A stretch of 64,000 nucleotides of DNA from an uncultured Pseudomonadota bacterium (GCA_963698375.1 CAVOQN010000006.1:235854-299853), one strand, 5' to 3'. Shown: positions 41,353 through 52,802, counted from the first letter of the stretch. Numbers and translations: made by a program. Notes: generated from the letters alone by a model not told the origin.

Positions 41353-42972
41353 ATGAAAACCTGGCGTACCAGCATGTCGTCACTCTTGAGCGGAAAGAAT
41401 CGCCACATATTCATCGCTGCCATTACCCTGGCACTTTTTTTCACGCTCGTCGATGTGGCGGTGCGTGCCTGGCTTGATGTGTCCGGCGCGCAGACCGAGC
41501 GGCCGTGGCTGTCTGTTCTTGTCATGGAACTCACTGCTCCTGGCGGTCGTGAGCTTTGGTCGCGCGCGCTGCTACTCGGGTTGTTCGCAATGTTTGGCGC
41601 CTATGTGATCTATGAGCGCCGGCGTACAAACCGTGAGCTCCGATTTCAGGCCAATCATGATTCCTTGACAGCTCTTCCCAATCGTCGGGCATTCATCGAA
41701 CAGCTCGACAATGAAGTGGTGCGGGCGTGTCGCAATAATCAGAAATTTGCCTTGCTCTGTGTCAACCTCGACCACTTCAAGGATGTAAACGAAACGCTCG
41801 GTCATGATGACGGTGACTGCCTGTTGTTGGTGGCAGCACAGCGCCTGTGTTTTGTACCGCGACAAACCGACATGCTGGCCCGGATCGGTGGTGATGAATT
41901 CGTGTTGCTGGTGCGCGATGTGCACGACCCGGTTGCCATCTCGGCTGTTGCCCAGCGGCTGCTGGAAACCATGTCGATGCCTTGGGACATCAATGGCCAC
42001 CCACTTCAGGTCACGGCCAGCATTGGCATCACGGTATTTCCGGATGATGGACTTGACGCCCAGATATTGCTGCGTCAAGTTGACATCGCCACGCACCATG
42101 CCAAGGCCATGGGCCGGAATTGCTATCAGTTCTATGCGAACGAGATGAATGAGCGCGCTGTCGCACGCGTGCATCTCGAAAGCCGCCTCCGCCAGGCGTT
42201 GGAACGCGACGAGTTCGAACTGCATTACCAGCCACAAATTGATCTGAATACATTCAAAGTCACCGGTGCTGAGGCGCTGATACGCTGGCGCGATGCACAG
42301 GACAATTTGATTCAACCGATGGATTTCATTCCGCTTGCCGAAAAGACGGGGCTGATTGTGCCGATTGGTGAATGGGTGTTGCGCACCGCCTGCGCACAGG
42401 CGGCGGCTTGGCAAAAGCTTGGGTTGCCTCCCTTGTGTATTGCCGTGAACGTATCCGGACGGCAATTGCGGAAGGACGACTTTGTCGCTGTGGTGAATGC
42501 GGCACTGCGTGATGCCGGTCTCGAAGCGCGCTGGCTCGAGATTGAAATTACCGAGAGTCTGCTTATGGAAGACCTGGACGCGAGCATCGCGAAGCTTAAG
42601 GAACTGCGTGCTCTCGGGGTGCAGGTGGCAATCGATGACTTCGGCACAGGTTATTCATCCATGAATTACCTGCATCGTCTGCCGATCGATCGTCTCAAGA
42701 TCGATCGCAGCTTTATTCAGAACATCACCCAGAACGGGGACGACCCAGTGGTGGCGCGCGCCATTATCGCGCTCGGGCATGCGCTTGGGCTCAGCCTCGT
42801 GGCCGAGGGCGTCGAGACCGAGACACAGTCTGTGTTCCTGCGCGACCAGCTTTGTCAGGCCGTGCAGGGCTTTCTGTACAGCCACCCGCTGACTGCGGGA
42901 CAGTTTGAGACGCATCTCGTCAACCCGCCACTTCCTGCGCAGATAAAAGATTTCCGGTCGGCGCTGCACTGA
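41353..42972 (+). CDS. Membrane-anchored GGDEF-EAL protein
   Basis: Two TM helices, RIGGDEFVLL, and an EAL domain with EALIRW, DDFGTGYSS and EGVET. Confidence 0.9.
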   Translation: MKTWRTSMSSLLSGKNRHIFIAAITLALFFTLVDVAVRAWLDVSGAQTERPWLSVLVMELTAPGGRELWSRALLLGLFAMFGAYVIYERRRTNRELRFQANHDSLTALPNRRAFIEQLDNEVVRACRNNQKFALLCVNLDHFKDVNETLGHDDGDCLLLVAAQRLCFVPRQTDMLARIGGDEFVLLVRDVHDPVAISAVAQRLLETMSMPWDINGHPLQVTASIGITVFPDDGLDAQILLRQVDIATHHAKAMGRNCYQFYANEMNERAVARVHLESRLRQALERDEFELHYQPQIDLNTFKVTGAEALIRWRDAQDNLIQPMDFIPLAEKTGLIVPIGEWVLRTACAQAAAWQKLGLPPLCIAVNVSGRQLRKDDFVAVVNAALRDAGLEARWLEIEITESLLMEDLDASIAKLKELRALGVQVAIDDFGTGYSSMNYLHRLPIDRLKIDRSFIQNITQNGDDPVVARAIIALGHALGLSLVAEGVETETQSVFLRDQLCQAVQGFLYSHPLTAGQFETHLVNPPLPAQIKDFRSALH

Positions 42973-42993
42973 CAACCCGTCTGGGCGCAGGCC

Positions 42994-43479
42994 TCATACC
43001 GGCAGTGTGAGGTGGTGGCGGTGTTTATCGAACGCCACGAAGCAGCCGCGAAATTTCACTGCCGTTTCGCCGCCCGCCGGGATCAACACCTCGAGTTCGA
43101 TGCGCGACATGCCTTTGCGCGCGAGCAAGTGCAGAAATCTTTCGAGCTCTTCGGTTTTCGGCATTGCGCAAGTGGCGCGCAGTTCTTCGGCGACCGGTCG
43201 CAGATACCGCACGCTGCTTTCCTGAATCACCACTGTCACCGGTGGGTGTTTGCGCAACACAAGTTGCAGCAGCCCCCAGCCAGCGAGTGTGGCCAGTGCC
43301 GCCAGACTGCCGCCGAAAGCCGTGCTCTTGTGGTTGATGTTCGGTTCGAGCGGGGCGCGCAACGTCAGTCCCGCGGCATCGAAGTGTGCGGCGGTCACGC
43401 CCATGGAGCGGGTGAGTGGAATTTCCGCATACAGTGTTTGCTCCAGTTCCCGCAGTTGCTCGTTTTCGAGCGGATGCAT
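42994..43479 (-). CDS. YiiD_C-type hotdog thioesterase domain protein
   Basis: Contains NHKSTAFGGSLAALATLAGW. 161 aa. Starts 3 nt after the upstream gene. Confidence 0.65.
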   Translation of the reverse strand: MHPLENEQLRELEQTLYAEIPLTRSMGVTAAHFDAAGLTLRAPLEPNINHKSTAFGGSLAALATLAGWGLLQLVLRKHPPVTVVIQESSVRYLRPVAEELRATCAMPKTEELERFLHLLARKGMSRIELEVLIPAGGETAVKFRGCFVAFDKHRHHLTLPV

Positions 43480-43482
43480 TGG

Positions 43483-44646
43483 CTAGTCCTTGAGCAGTAG
43501 TGTGGCGGTGTTGGCGCGCTGCGTTCGTGCCGGCAATGCCGCACGCAACAATGTTAACGCCGTTTGTGCAGTAGCACGGTAGCCGGTGAGTTTGCCGCCA
43601 TAGATGCTGACCAGGTGCGGGTGCTGCGCCACATCGGTACGGTAGAGTGTTTCGCGCGGCCGGTGAAAGGCCGCACCTTCCGCCAGCGGCAACACGCGCA
43701 GGCCGGCGAACTGATCGCGCACCCTGATAGCACGCTCCGGGAAGTAACGATGGAAAGTCTGCAGCAGGTATTCCAGCTCCGCTGTTTGCGGCTGCACCTG
43801 CGCCGGATTGCCGCGAAAGCGTGTCTCGGTGGTACCAACCAGTGTCATGTTTCGCCACGGCATGATAAACACCGCACGTCTGTCCTCGGCCTCGGCGTAG
43901 TAAACGCCGTGCTGCAACGCGCCATCGAGCGTGATGTGTGCACCCTGGACCAGCTCTATCGCAGAATCCGGCACGCGCGGCGAGATACGCGCCAACACGG
44001 TGTTGACCCACGGGCCGGCAGCATTCACCAGCGCTGTGCAGTGGCTTTCGACTTCGCCCTGCGGCGAGCGATAGCGCACGGCATAGCCGTTTGCCGTGCG
44101 TTGTGCACCGAGGAACTCGCCGGGCACTACCAGCTCGGCCCCGAGTGATTGTGCAGAACGCATTACCGCCTGGGTGAGCGCGGCGTCGTCGGTTTGACCG
44201 TCCTGATAGCGATATACAGCCTGAAGATTTCGGGTAGTAAGCCCGTCGAGATCGCCCCACTGCGTGCGCGGTAATGTGGTGAACCTTGCATGGCGGTGCA
44301 GATTCGCGAGCACAGCATAAAGTGACAAGCCGGCGCGGATTTTCCAGGGCCGACGCGTGGTATGACGGTAAACCGGTATATGAAATGGCACCAGCTTCAC
44401 CAGGTGCGGTGCAATGCGCAGCAGGATATCGCGCTCGCGCAGGCTCTTGCGCACCAAAATGAATTGGCCGCTTTCCAGGTAGCGTAGGCCGCCATGAATG
44501 AGTTTGCTTGAACAGCTCGAAGTAGCGCTGGCAACGCCGGTTTTTTCCAGCACCAGTACCGAACAGCCGTCGGCCGCTGCCGCCTGGGCCGCACCGGCGC
44601 CGTGGATGCCGGCACCGACTACGACCAGATCGAACTGTCCGGTCAT
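43483..44646 (-). CDS. FAD-dependent oxidoreductase, short glycerol-3-phosphate dehydrogenase/oxidase-like
   Basis: Contains DLVVVGAGIHGAGAA and SSKLIHGGLRYLE. Confidence 0.8.
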   Translation of the reverse strand: MTGQFDLVVVGAGIHGAGAAQAAAADGCSVLVLEKTGVASATSSCSSKLIHGGLRYLESGQFILVRKSLRERDILLRIAPHLVKLVPFHIPVYRHTTRRPWKIRAGLSLYAVLANLHRHARFTTLPRTQWGDLDGLTTRNLQAVYRYQDGQTDDAALTQAVMRSAQSLGAELVVPGEFLGAQRTANGYAVRYRSPQGEVESHCTALVNAAGPWVNTVLARISPRVPDSAIELVQGAHITLDGALQHGVYYAEAEDRRAVFIMPWRNMTLVGTTETRFRGNPAQVQPQTAELEYLLQTFHRYFPERAIRVRDQFAGLRVLPLAEGAAFHRPRETLYRTDVAQHPHLVSIYGGKLTGYRATAQTALTLLRAALPARTQRANTATLLLKD

Positions 44647-45392
44647 GCCTTTTGCGCGCGCAATGGCTCGAAGGCGGCGAGCATCTCGCCGATGGCGAAG
44701 GTTTCGATGAGACTCACGCCGCGTTTAGCCAGTTTGAGCGCGACCTGCGGGTCGGTGACCTCATAGACCACGACTGTTGCGCCGGCCTTCTCAAGATCAC
44801 CGAAGCGCGGCAGGTCCACGGCGTCACAGAACAGGTAATCCGGGTGAATGGCTTGAACGTCAGCGTTACGCTGGTGGTGCCAGCGCTCGAGAATGGCGCC
44901 AACACTGTGATAGCCCTGTTTACGTGCCGCGGCCAGCACCGGCACGTTGTAGGAGATGAGTACGCATTGCGACAGCACCGGCGCCAGTGAGCGCAGCACG
45001 TTGTCGAGCACCGCTTGCACGCCGAACACCTCGATCGACACACGCTTGAGTTCGATGAACGCAGTGACCTGCGGATGACGCGCAAGCAGAGCGCCGAGTT
45101 CGGCGAGTGTGGTGATCGGGTTCTGCGCGAACTTGTAACCGAATCGCTCGAACTCGAACACGTGGAAGGCCTTGAGTTGCTCGCGCGTGTAGCGGTGGAT
45201 CATACCCTGCGCACGGCACAACCGGTCCAGCGTGCGGTCGTGGAATAGCACCGGCACCTTGTCGGCACTCAGCTGCACATCGACCTCGACAAAGTGCGCG
45301 CCAGCGCGGATCGCGGCCTCAATGCCGATCAGCGTGTTCTCGGGGTAGTGCAGCGCGTAACCGCGGTGGGCCACCAGTTCCGGGATGTGCAC
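44643..45392 (-). CDS. Glycerophosphodiester phosphodiesterase family protein
   Basis: Contains VAHRGYALHYPENT and EVDVQLSADKVPVLFHD. Its stop overlaps the downstream ATG (ATGA). Confidence 0.85.
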   Translation of the reverse strand: MHIPELVAHRGYALHYPENTLIGIEAAIRAGAHFVEVDVQLSADKVPVLFHDRTLDRLCRAQGMIHRYTREQLKAFHVFEFERFGYKFAQNPITTLAELGALLARHPQVTAFIELKRVSIEVFGVQAVLDNVLRSLAPVLSQCVLISYNVPVLAAARKQGYHSVGAILERWHHQRNADVQAIHPDYLFCDAVDLPRFGDLEKAGATVVVYEVTDPQVALKLAKRGVSLIETFAIGEMLAAFEPLRAQKA

Positions 45393-45511
45393 CTTTGAGG
45401 TTCTCCTGCTGAATTACACGCTCTCACTCTATCATTTCGGCGACGCGGTGGAAGCCTGATGCAGGTTGCCGTCGGACGAATCCTGCTATGCTTGGACGGA
45501 GGAGTGAATCA

Positions 45512-46672
45512 ATGCGATTGACCGACGTGCTGGCAGAGGTCCCCACAGGGCTTTACGTACTGACCGGCAGCGGTGAGTTGGGCGTATACGATGCACAGCA
45601 GGATTTTCTCATCGACGAACCCTTGTCACGGGTTTTCGGCGAGCACAACCGCGCCTTTCTGCGTTCCCACATTCAGGATCCACAGGCCGACGACCGCCGT
45701 GTCGCGATCCTGTACGAATCCCTGGAACCGAACGCGTGGGGACATCTCATGCTCAGCCTGGAAGACCTGGTGGTGCGCTCCCTCTATCCCACCGGCGGGC
45801 GCTCCTCTGGCGAGCTCACCGCCTTCCAGAAAAACAGCCGTAAAAAGAGCGTGTATCGTGGCGTTGAACAGCTGCTCGATTTCCGCCACGACAATGCTCT
45901 GGATGTACCGGTGTTCTGTCCGGTGCTATTCAATCCCCATAGCACGCTCTCCGGGCGCGTTTCGGCACTCGGGCGCGAGCCGAACAAAACGGAACGTGAT
46001 ATCCCGGTGCTCGACTTGCTCAATCTGATCGCGATCATCCCGCCCGCGCGCCGTGCCTCTTCTGCAGTTCTTGAGCTTGTCGACAAATTGCGTCAGGGTG
46101 TGATCCACAAGGAACAGCGTCGAAATTCGCAGTTTTCGGTCCAGGACGATGTTCCTTATTCACAAGCCCCTGGTTCGGGCGAAGATGCCTACACACAGAT
46201 TGCGCGCGACAAGCGTCTGGGGCGTTCCGTCACCTTGCCGAGTGTCGATGAGCGTCGTTTGCATGAAACCGAACATGTCGAGCCGGTCGAACGTTGGCTT
46301 AAGATTCCTCACCAGCCGGTGAGCCCGGAACGGTTGCGTACATTCGTACAGTTTCGAAAGCTCGGCAACGACGATCTTGCCGAGCTCACCGCGCGCAGCC
46401 TGACCTACACAGCGCCGGCCGGAACACGCCTGCTGGATCGCGGTCTGCACGATGCCTGGAATCTGTACCTGCTGGAAGGCGCGCTCATGCTCATGCCTGC
46501 AGATGGTGCGACGCTGCGTGTCGACGGCGGTACGGACAAGGCCGCTTATCCAGTCGCTTTCCTCAAGCCACGCAAGTACACGGTCGAGACACTGACTCCG
46601 GTAAGCTTCCTGTGGGTGCACGATCTGCTGCTCGAAGCCTTGCTCGGGAATAGCACGCTGCCGGCCAGTTGA
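45512..46672 (+). CDS. Hypothetical protein with a C-terminal cyclic-nucleotide-binding-like (cupin) region
   Basis: The C-terminal 110 aa (FRKLGNDDLAELTARSLTYTAPAGTRLLDRGLHDAWNLYLLEGAL) has the layout of a cNMP-binding domain. The N-terminal 270 aa are unassignable. Confidence 0.5.
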   Translation: MRLTDVLAEVPTGLYVLTGSGELGVYDAQQDFLIDEPLSRVFGEHNRAFLRSHIQDPQADDRRVAILYESLEPNAWGHLMLSLEDLVVRSLYPTGGRSSGELTAFQKNSRKKSVYRGVEQLLDFRHDNALDVPVFCPVLFNPHSTLSGRVSALGREPNKTERDIPVLDLLNLIAIIPPARRASSAVLELVDKLRQGVIHKEQRRNSQFSVQDDVPYSQAPGSGEDAYTQIARDKRLGRSVTLPSVDERRLHETEHVEPVERWLKIPHQPVSPERLRTFVQFRKLGNDDLAELTARSLTYTAPAGTRLLDRGLHDAWNLYLLEGALMLMPADGATLRVDGGTDKAAYPVAFLKPRKYTVETLTPVSFLWVHDLLLEALLGNSTLPAS

Positions 46673-46696
46673 AAACCGCGCCTGAAATTACGCCGT

Positions 46697-47347
46697 TCAA
46701 CGCGTGCGCACGATCCGAAGCAGCGCCACGGTCATGCCGGCAAGGCCAGCAGCATACAGTGGCCAGAGGAATGTACCCGGTACCCAGCCGCGAAACGCCA
46801 TGGCACCGCCGGCCAGCAGCGGCCAGGATGGTACGAGAAAACTGGCCAGGGCAAGCAGCGCGCCGGCCACGAACAGCAGTGCTTCCGCTAACCGCAGCCG
46901 GAATTCGCGCGGTGTGGCCAGCGTCCATCCACCCCAGAACGTGAACAACAGTGCGATCAGCACGGGTGCCAGCCAGGGACCAAACCACGGCCAGGGGATG
47001 AGAAACAGGATGTCCCATTCGAGCCACTGTGTCGGCCAGCCAAGGTAAACCTTCAGCCAAATGTAGTAGAAAACATCCCACAACCCGAACACGTATACGA
47101 ATGCCGCGAACCGGCGCATAAAGCCGCGCACGGCCAGCATGGCGACAGCAAGAATCATGATCACCGTGGCGAATTCGCGCGCCAGTTCAAGCGCAAGATC
47201 ATCCGGATTTAACAGCACCAGCGGGAAGAGTGCGAGCGGATTCGCCGCGTAATAAACATGTCGCAAGTGCACGACGATGGCCGCTTCGACCAGCGCCATG
47301 GCGATTGCATAGGTTGCAAGCCAAAACAGCAACGCGCGTGGTTTCAT
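46697..47347 (-). CDS. Hypothetical polytopic membrane protein
   Basis: 216-aa protein with about 7 hydrophobic segments, rich in Trp and Phe. Confidence 0.55.
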   Translation of the reverse strand: MKPRALLFWLATYAIAMALVEAAIVVHLRHVYYAANPLALFPLVLLNPDDLALELAREFATVIMILAVAMLAVRGFMRRFAAFVYVFGLWDVFYYIWLKVYLGWPTQWLEWDILFLIPWPWFGPWLAPVLIALLFTFWGGWTLATPREFRLRLAEALLFVAGALLALASFLVPSWPLLAGGAMAFRGWVPGTFLWPLYAAGLAGMTVALLRIVRTR

Positions 47348-47425
47348 CGCGAGGCCTCGCAGTACGCGCGCGCAGGTCCGAGGTCGAAGCGCGTCAAGGC
47401 CGGCGCGTACAGTGGCATGTGATTA

Positions 47426-50400
47426 TCAGTGCAGGTAGGAGCGCAGTGACGGCGACAGCGGCTGGCGCAGGAGTGCATTGCGCGCCTGCCATTCACTGCC
47501 GGCTTCGAGTGTTGTCAGAAAGTGTGTCTCGCCACCGGTCTGCACGGCGATTGGCACACCGTCTCGATACAGCACGCGGTTACCGGCGTGCGCGGCGATT
47601 CTGGCACCGGGGGTCAGGATGCCGACCAGGTTGAGTGGATCGGCCGCGCTGACCGACACCAGCTGGCCATCGGCTTGTTCCTTGCGCAGTGCGCGCAGGC
47701 CCGCCACGGCCTCGGGCAGGGCATACTGTTCGCCGCTGAAGCCGGCAACGAAACGCCCACCGCGGATCTCGCCGCGTGCTTCAAGGCGCCGATACACGCG
47801 CAACAGTTCATACCATGGCGGAAGCCAGTTGGCCTCGCGCTCGAGCATGCGTTTGTATACCACGCCATAACGGCGTAGCAGCAGGCGCGCAATTTGTTCG
47901 ACGGTTTCCGGATCAGGTGCCGGTGCGGCGGCCTGCGCCGGGCGCGGGGTCAGCGTCCAGCGTCCGGCCTCGGCGATACCATAGGTATGCAGCCGCCGGT
48001 GGCGAGATCCACGCACCGCGCGGCGCTTGTCGCTTGGCACCAGCAGGGCACGCAAACCGGCGAAGCTGTCAGCGTGCAGCAGACCCGCACCCACCAGCTC
48101 GGCGAGCGCCTCTTCGGTCTGCGATTTCATCAGGCCGCTGCTGGCCAGAATGTCGTCGAAGAACGAGGCACCGTGTGCACGCAGGTAATCGGCTACACTC
48201 TGGGCGCGTGGACTGAGGCGCAGTTCGTCGGACTGGCGAGCTGCGACAAGTCTTTGCCACGGTGCGCTGTGTGGGCGCGTGACCAGTGCGATCGGTGTGG
48301 TGCGCACTGGCGCTGCGACCTTATCCTTGCCGGCTGCCGGTTTCGGCGGTGTAAGCCGCGCCCACAATACACGCCCGGACAGACACAGGCTGTCGAGCCA
48401 TTCCGGATCGTAGTGTTGCAGGCGCGCTGGCAGAATATCCGCTTCCCAGGCGGTTGCTGCGGCCTCAAAGCCTTCCAGTTGTTCAACAATCGCTGCCAGC
48501 GCCTGTGGTCCTTCCGGGCGCGGATCAGTCGTGAGCCCCTGCCAGCGGAACAGAAAGCGCAGAAAATCTGCGGCCGGCAACGGTTCGATCTCGGCACGCA
48601 GGCGTTCAATCGTGTAGCGATGGATGCGCGCCAGCAGCCGGCGCTCGCACCACTCGGTTTCAGTCGTGTCCGGTGTGAAACGGCCGCGCAGGGCGAAGCC
48701 TTCGCCTTCTAGTGCCACGAGTGCCTGATCGAGTGCGCTCAGCGCGACACCGAGTTGTTGCGCCAGTTGTGTCACGGTCACCGGCCCGAGCGCTTGCAAC
48801 TGGCCACGTACCAATTCGATCAATGCTTCCTCTGGTGACCAGGCGCGTGTTGTGAACTCAGCCGGTGCTTCCAGTGGCGGGGTGGCAGAAACTTCTGAAT
48901 AAATTGCGCGCAGCATCGGCAGTCGTTCCGCTGCTACCCACAGTTGCAGATTCTCCGATAGTGACAAGAGCGTTGCGCGCCGCGCGGCAACCAGTGCCTC
49001 AAAATGACCTTTCCACAACGGTTGTGCCGGCAGGGCGCCAAGCAGCATCAATGCATCGTGTAATTCATCGGCGTTCTCCACGTCCGGCCAGGCCTGTTCG
49101 CGCACGCGCGCAATCGCCTCGGCATCGAGTTTGCCGAACTCCTCGGCCTCGGCCGGGTCAAGCCAGCGGCGGCTCATCACCGCCTGGGTGCGGCGCTCTT
49201 CGAGCGGTGCATCGTCGAGGAAGCCATAGGGTCGTGCATTCAGAATTTCGAGTGCCAGCGGCGAGGGGTGCGGCAGGTCGCGTGGCAGCAGTTGCTTGTC
49301 GCCACGTTCCAGGGCGGTGAGCAATTCAATCAGGCCTTCAAGGTCCATGGCTTCATTCAGACAGTCATTGAGCGTCTGATTCACCAGCGGATGGTCCGGT
49401 ACCTCGCGATCGCCAACCAGATTTTCGGCGCAGGCGATCTGGTCGGGGAACACTACCGCGATCAGGTCTTCGGCCTCGATGCGCTGAAACGGCGGCGGGT
49501 TTTTGCGTCCGCCGCGGAAGCGTTTCACAGCAAGCGAAATGTTCGCCACCCAGCGCCAGCGCGTGGTGAACAGCGGTGCGGCGAGCAGCGCCTGCACCAG
49601 TACCGCGCGCACCGAACGGCTGTTGAGATACTGCGCAACCTCTTCGAGCGGAAAGCTGTGGGTCTCGCCGAGGCTGAAGAATGATCGCGTCTTCGGTAAC
49701 CGCCGCCTGCAGTTCGAAGTTGAACTTGCGGCAGAAACGCTTACGCAGGCTCAGGCCCCAGGCGCGGTTGAGGCGGCTGCCGAACGGGCTGTGCACGATC
49801 AGCTGCATGCCGCCGGTTTCGTCGAAGAAACGTTCCAGCACGATGGTGTCCTGGGTCGGCAACTGCCCGAGCACACCTTTGGCACTGGCCAGATATTCCG
49901 TGATCTGGTGCGCGGCACTGTGATCAAGATGCAGTGTCTGTATCAACCACTCGACCGTGGCGGCGAGGCTATCGGCATCGATGTGTGTCAGCCTCGCATC
50001 CAGGGCAGAACGCAAACGCGCCACGGCAAAGGACAGCTCGTCGGTGCGTGCCGGTGCTTCGCCAATCCAGAACGGGATGGTGGGTGGCGCGCCCTTGGCG
50101 TCTTCGACCCGTACCGTGCCGGATTCGATTTTGAGAATCCGGTACGAGGCATTGCCGAGCTGAAAGATATCGCCGCTCATGGATTCGATAGCGAAGTCTT
50201 CGTTGAGCGTGCCGATGAACAGGCCGGCCGGCTCCAGAATCACACGATAGTCGGCGTTGTCCGGAATGGCGCCGCCGTTGGTCAACGCCGTGAGGCGCGC
50301 GCCCTTGCGCGCGCGCAGCCGCCGGTTCACCGCATCACGGTGCAAATAGGCAGAGCGCCGCCCGCGGCGTGTGGCGTAACCTTCGGACAGCATGTGCAGC

Positions 50401-51763
50401 ACGGAATCGAACTCGGCGCGCGTCAGGTCGCGATACGGATAGGCACGGCGCGCCAGTGCATACAGCTCGTCTTCGCCATAGTCTCGCGCCGAGACTTCGG
50501 CCACCATCTGCTGCGCCAGAACATCGAGCGGCTTGGGCGGGATGATCAGCCGGTCGAGTTCGCCGCGCTGCACGCTGTCGAGCAGCGCGGTGCACTCCAC
50601 CAGATCGTCGCGCGACATGGGAAACAGCCGGCCCTTGGGGATGCCGCCGACCGCGTGGTTGGCGCGCCCGACACGTTGCAGGAAGGTGGCGATGGCATGC
50701 GGACTGCCCAGCTGGCAGACCAGATCGACGTCGCCGATGTCGATGCCCAGTTCCAGCGAGGCGGTCGCGACCAGCGCGCGCAGCTGGCCGGACTTCAGGC
50801 GTTGCTCGGATTCGAGACGCTGCTCCTTGGACAGGCTGCCGTGGTGGGCGCCGACGTTTTCCTTGCCGAGGCGTTCGCTCAGATGCAGCGTGACCCGCTC
50901 CACCTGGCGGCGGGTGTTGGCGAACACCAGGGTGGTGTGGTGCGCGCGGATCAGTTCGGCGAGGCGGTCATACACCTGTTCCCACACCTCGCCCGACATC
51001 ACCGCCTCGAGCGGCGCGCCCGGCAGTTCCAGCGCGAGATCGCGTGCGCGGGTGTGGCCGCTGTCGATAATCGCGCAGGCGGGTTTGCTGTCGGCGTCCA
51101 GCACATTGCTGCCAACCAGAAACCGCGCTATCTCCTCAATCGGCTTCTGCGTGGCCGACAGGCCGATGCGCGTGAGCGCGTGCGGGCTGGCGAGCGCCGC
51201 CAGACGTTCTAGCGACAGCGCCAGGTGCGAGCCGCGTTTGCTGCCGGCCACCGCATGAATTTCATCCACGATCACGCTACGCGCCGTCGCCAGCATGTTG
51301 CGCCCGGATTCGCTGGTGAGCAGCAGATACAGCGACTCGGGCGTCGTCACCAGAATATGCGGCGGGCGTTTGATCATGGCCGCGCGCTCGCCGGGCGTGG
51401 TGTCGCCGGTGCGCACCTGCACACGGATATCCACGTCCTTCAGATCGAGCGCCTGAAGTTGCGCACGAATCCCGGCCAGCGGCCATTGCAGGTTGCGCTC
51501 GATGTCGTTGGACAGTGCCTTGAGCGGCGACACGTACACCACGCGGGTTTCGTCTGTCAGTCGCCCGGCAACGCCGTCGCGCATCAGCGTATCGATGGCG
51601 GCCAGGAATGCCGCCAGTGTCTTGCCCGAACCGGTGGGCGCGGCAATCAGCGTGTGCCGCCCGCGCGAATCGCCGGCCAGGCCTCGGCCTGCGGCGCCGT
51701 CGGTTCGCTGAAGGTCGCCTGAAACCAGCCGGCGACGGCAGGATGAAAGGGCGTGAACGGCAT
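47426..51763 (-). pseudogene. lhr: Lhr-family large ATP-dependent helicase (about 1445 aa) with two frameshifts
   Basis: True start [32 protein letters not shown] at 51763, with a deletion near 51657 before [20 protein letters not shown] and the helicase C-domain are present. An insertion near 49684 separates ...AVTEDAIIL from [28 protein letters not shown]. The Lhr C-terminal extension is intact. Confidence 0.9.
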
Positions 51764-51928
51764 AGTCAGTCGGGTTCGCGACGGATTTCAACAGGGATCG
51801 GGACATTATCTTGAGCCCAACCTGCGGTTATCGCCAGCCCCGTCGCGTACGGCGTGACAAATCCCGCATACAAGCGCTACCTTTGGTGTTTCAGGTCGGC
51901 ACCCGCACCGCCGGAATCAGGAGCAAGC

Positions 51929-52752
51929 ATGACCGGAAAACCCAAGACCCAGAACATGGCGCTGTTCTGCGACTTCGAGAACGTCGCGATCGGGGTGCGC
52001 GACATGCGCGCCGCCGAGTTCGACATCCAGAAGGTGCTGGAGCGGCTGCTGCTCAAGGGCAGCATCGTGGTCAAGAAGGCCTACTGCGACTGGGACCGCT
52101 ACAAGGAATTCAAGGCCACCATGCACGAGGCGGCGTTCGAGCTGATCGAGATTCCGCATGTGCGCCAGTCGGGCAAGAACTCGGCCGACATCCGCATGGT
52201 GGTCGACGCTCTCGACCTCTGCTACACCAAGGCGCATGTCGATACCTTCGTCATCATCAGCGGCGACTCGGATTTCTCGCCGCTGGTCAGCAAGCTGCGC
52301 GAGAACAACAAGCTGGTGATCGGCGTCGGGGTGAAGCAATCCACCTCCGACCTGTTGATCGCCAACTGCGACGAGTTCATTTTTTACGACGACCTGGTGC
52401 GCGAGCAGAAGAAACCGCAGCCGCGCAAACCCAAGGCGGCTCGCCGGCAAGGCGCCGGAGAAAACGGCTGCCAACGCCGGTGGCGGACACGCAGAAGCAA
52501 CAGGAGGCGCTCGACCTGGTGGTGGCAACGGTCGAGGACCTGTTCAAGGAACGCGGCGAGGAGGAAAAGGTGTGGGGCTCAATGGTCAAGCAGGCCCTGA
52601 AGCGCCGCAATCCCGGCTTCAACGAGACCTATCACGGTTTCCGCACCTTCAGCAAACTGCTGGAAGCGGCGCAGGCGCGCGGTCTGTTGCAGCTGGAACA
52701 CGACGAGAAATCCGGCGGCTACATCGTCACGAGCCTCGCGGCCGAAGAATAA
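51929..52752 (+). pseudogene. NYN (LabA-like) domain protein with a C-terminal OST-HTH/LOTUS domain. The linker is frameshifted.
   Basis: AGGAG ribosome-binding site. Contains ALFCDFENV and IISGDSDFSPLV. After the KPQPRKPKAA linker the frame changes (about 52440-52480) to VADTQKQQEALDLVVATVEDLF...WGSMVKQALKRRNPGFNETYHGFRTFSKLLE. Confidence 0.8.
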
Positions 52753-52802
52753 ACCTGCGCCGCGGGAGCACGACGCGGGCCGGCGTATTCAGGTAGACAA
52801 TC

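Noticed and set aside
43025-44260. A 411-aa ORF on the same strand as the glpD-like gene but in another frame
   Set aside because: The sequence is Arg/Ala/Gly-rich and low-complexity, has no motifs, and lies entirely inside a gene with clear FAD-oxidoreductase signatures. This is a typical alternative-frame artefact of GC-rich DNA.
49503-51212. A 569-aa ORF antisense to lhr. Similar long antisense ORFs occur at 14782..15672 (recQ), 35870..36778 (cysQ), 10443..11345 and 37165..37911.
   Set aside because: None has a recognisable domain. All mirror well-supported genes on the opposite strand. Their composition is what stop-codon-poor GC-rich antisense frames produce.
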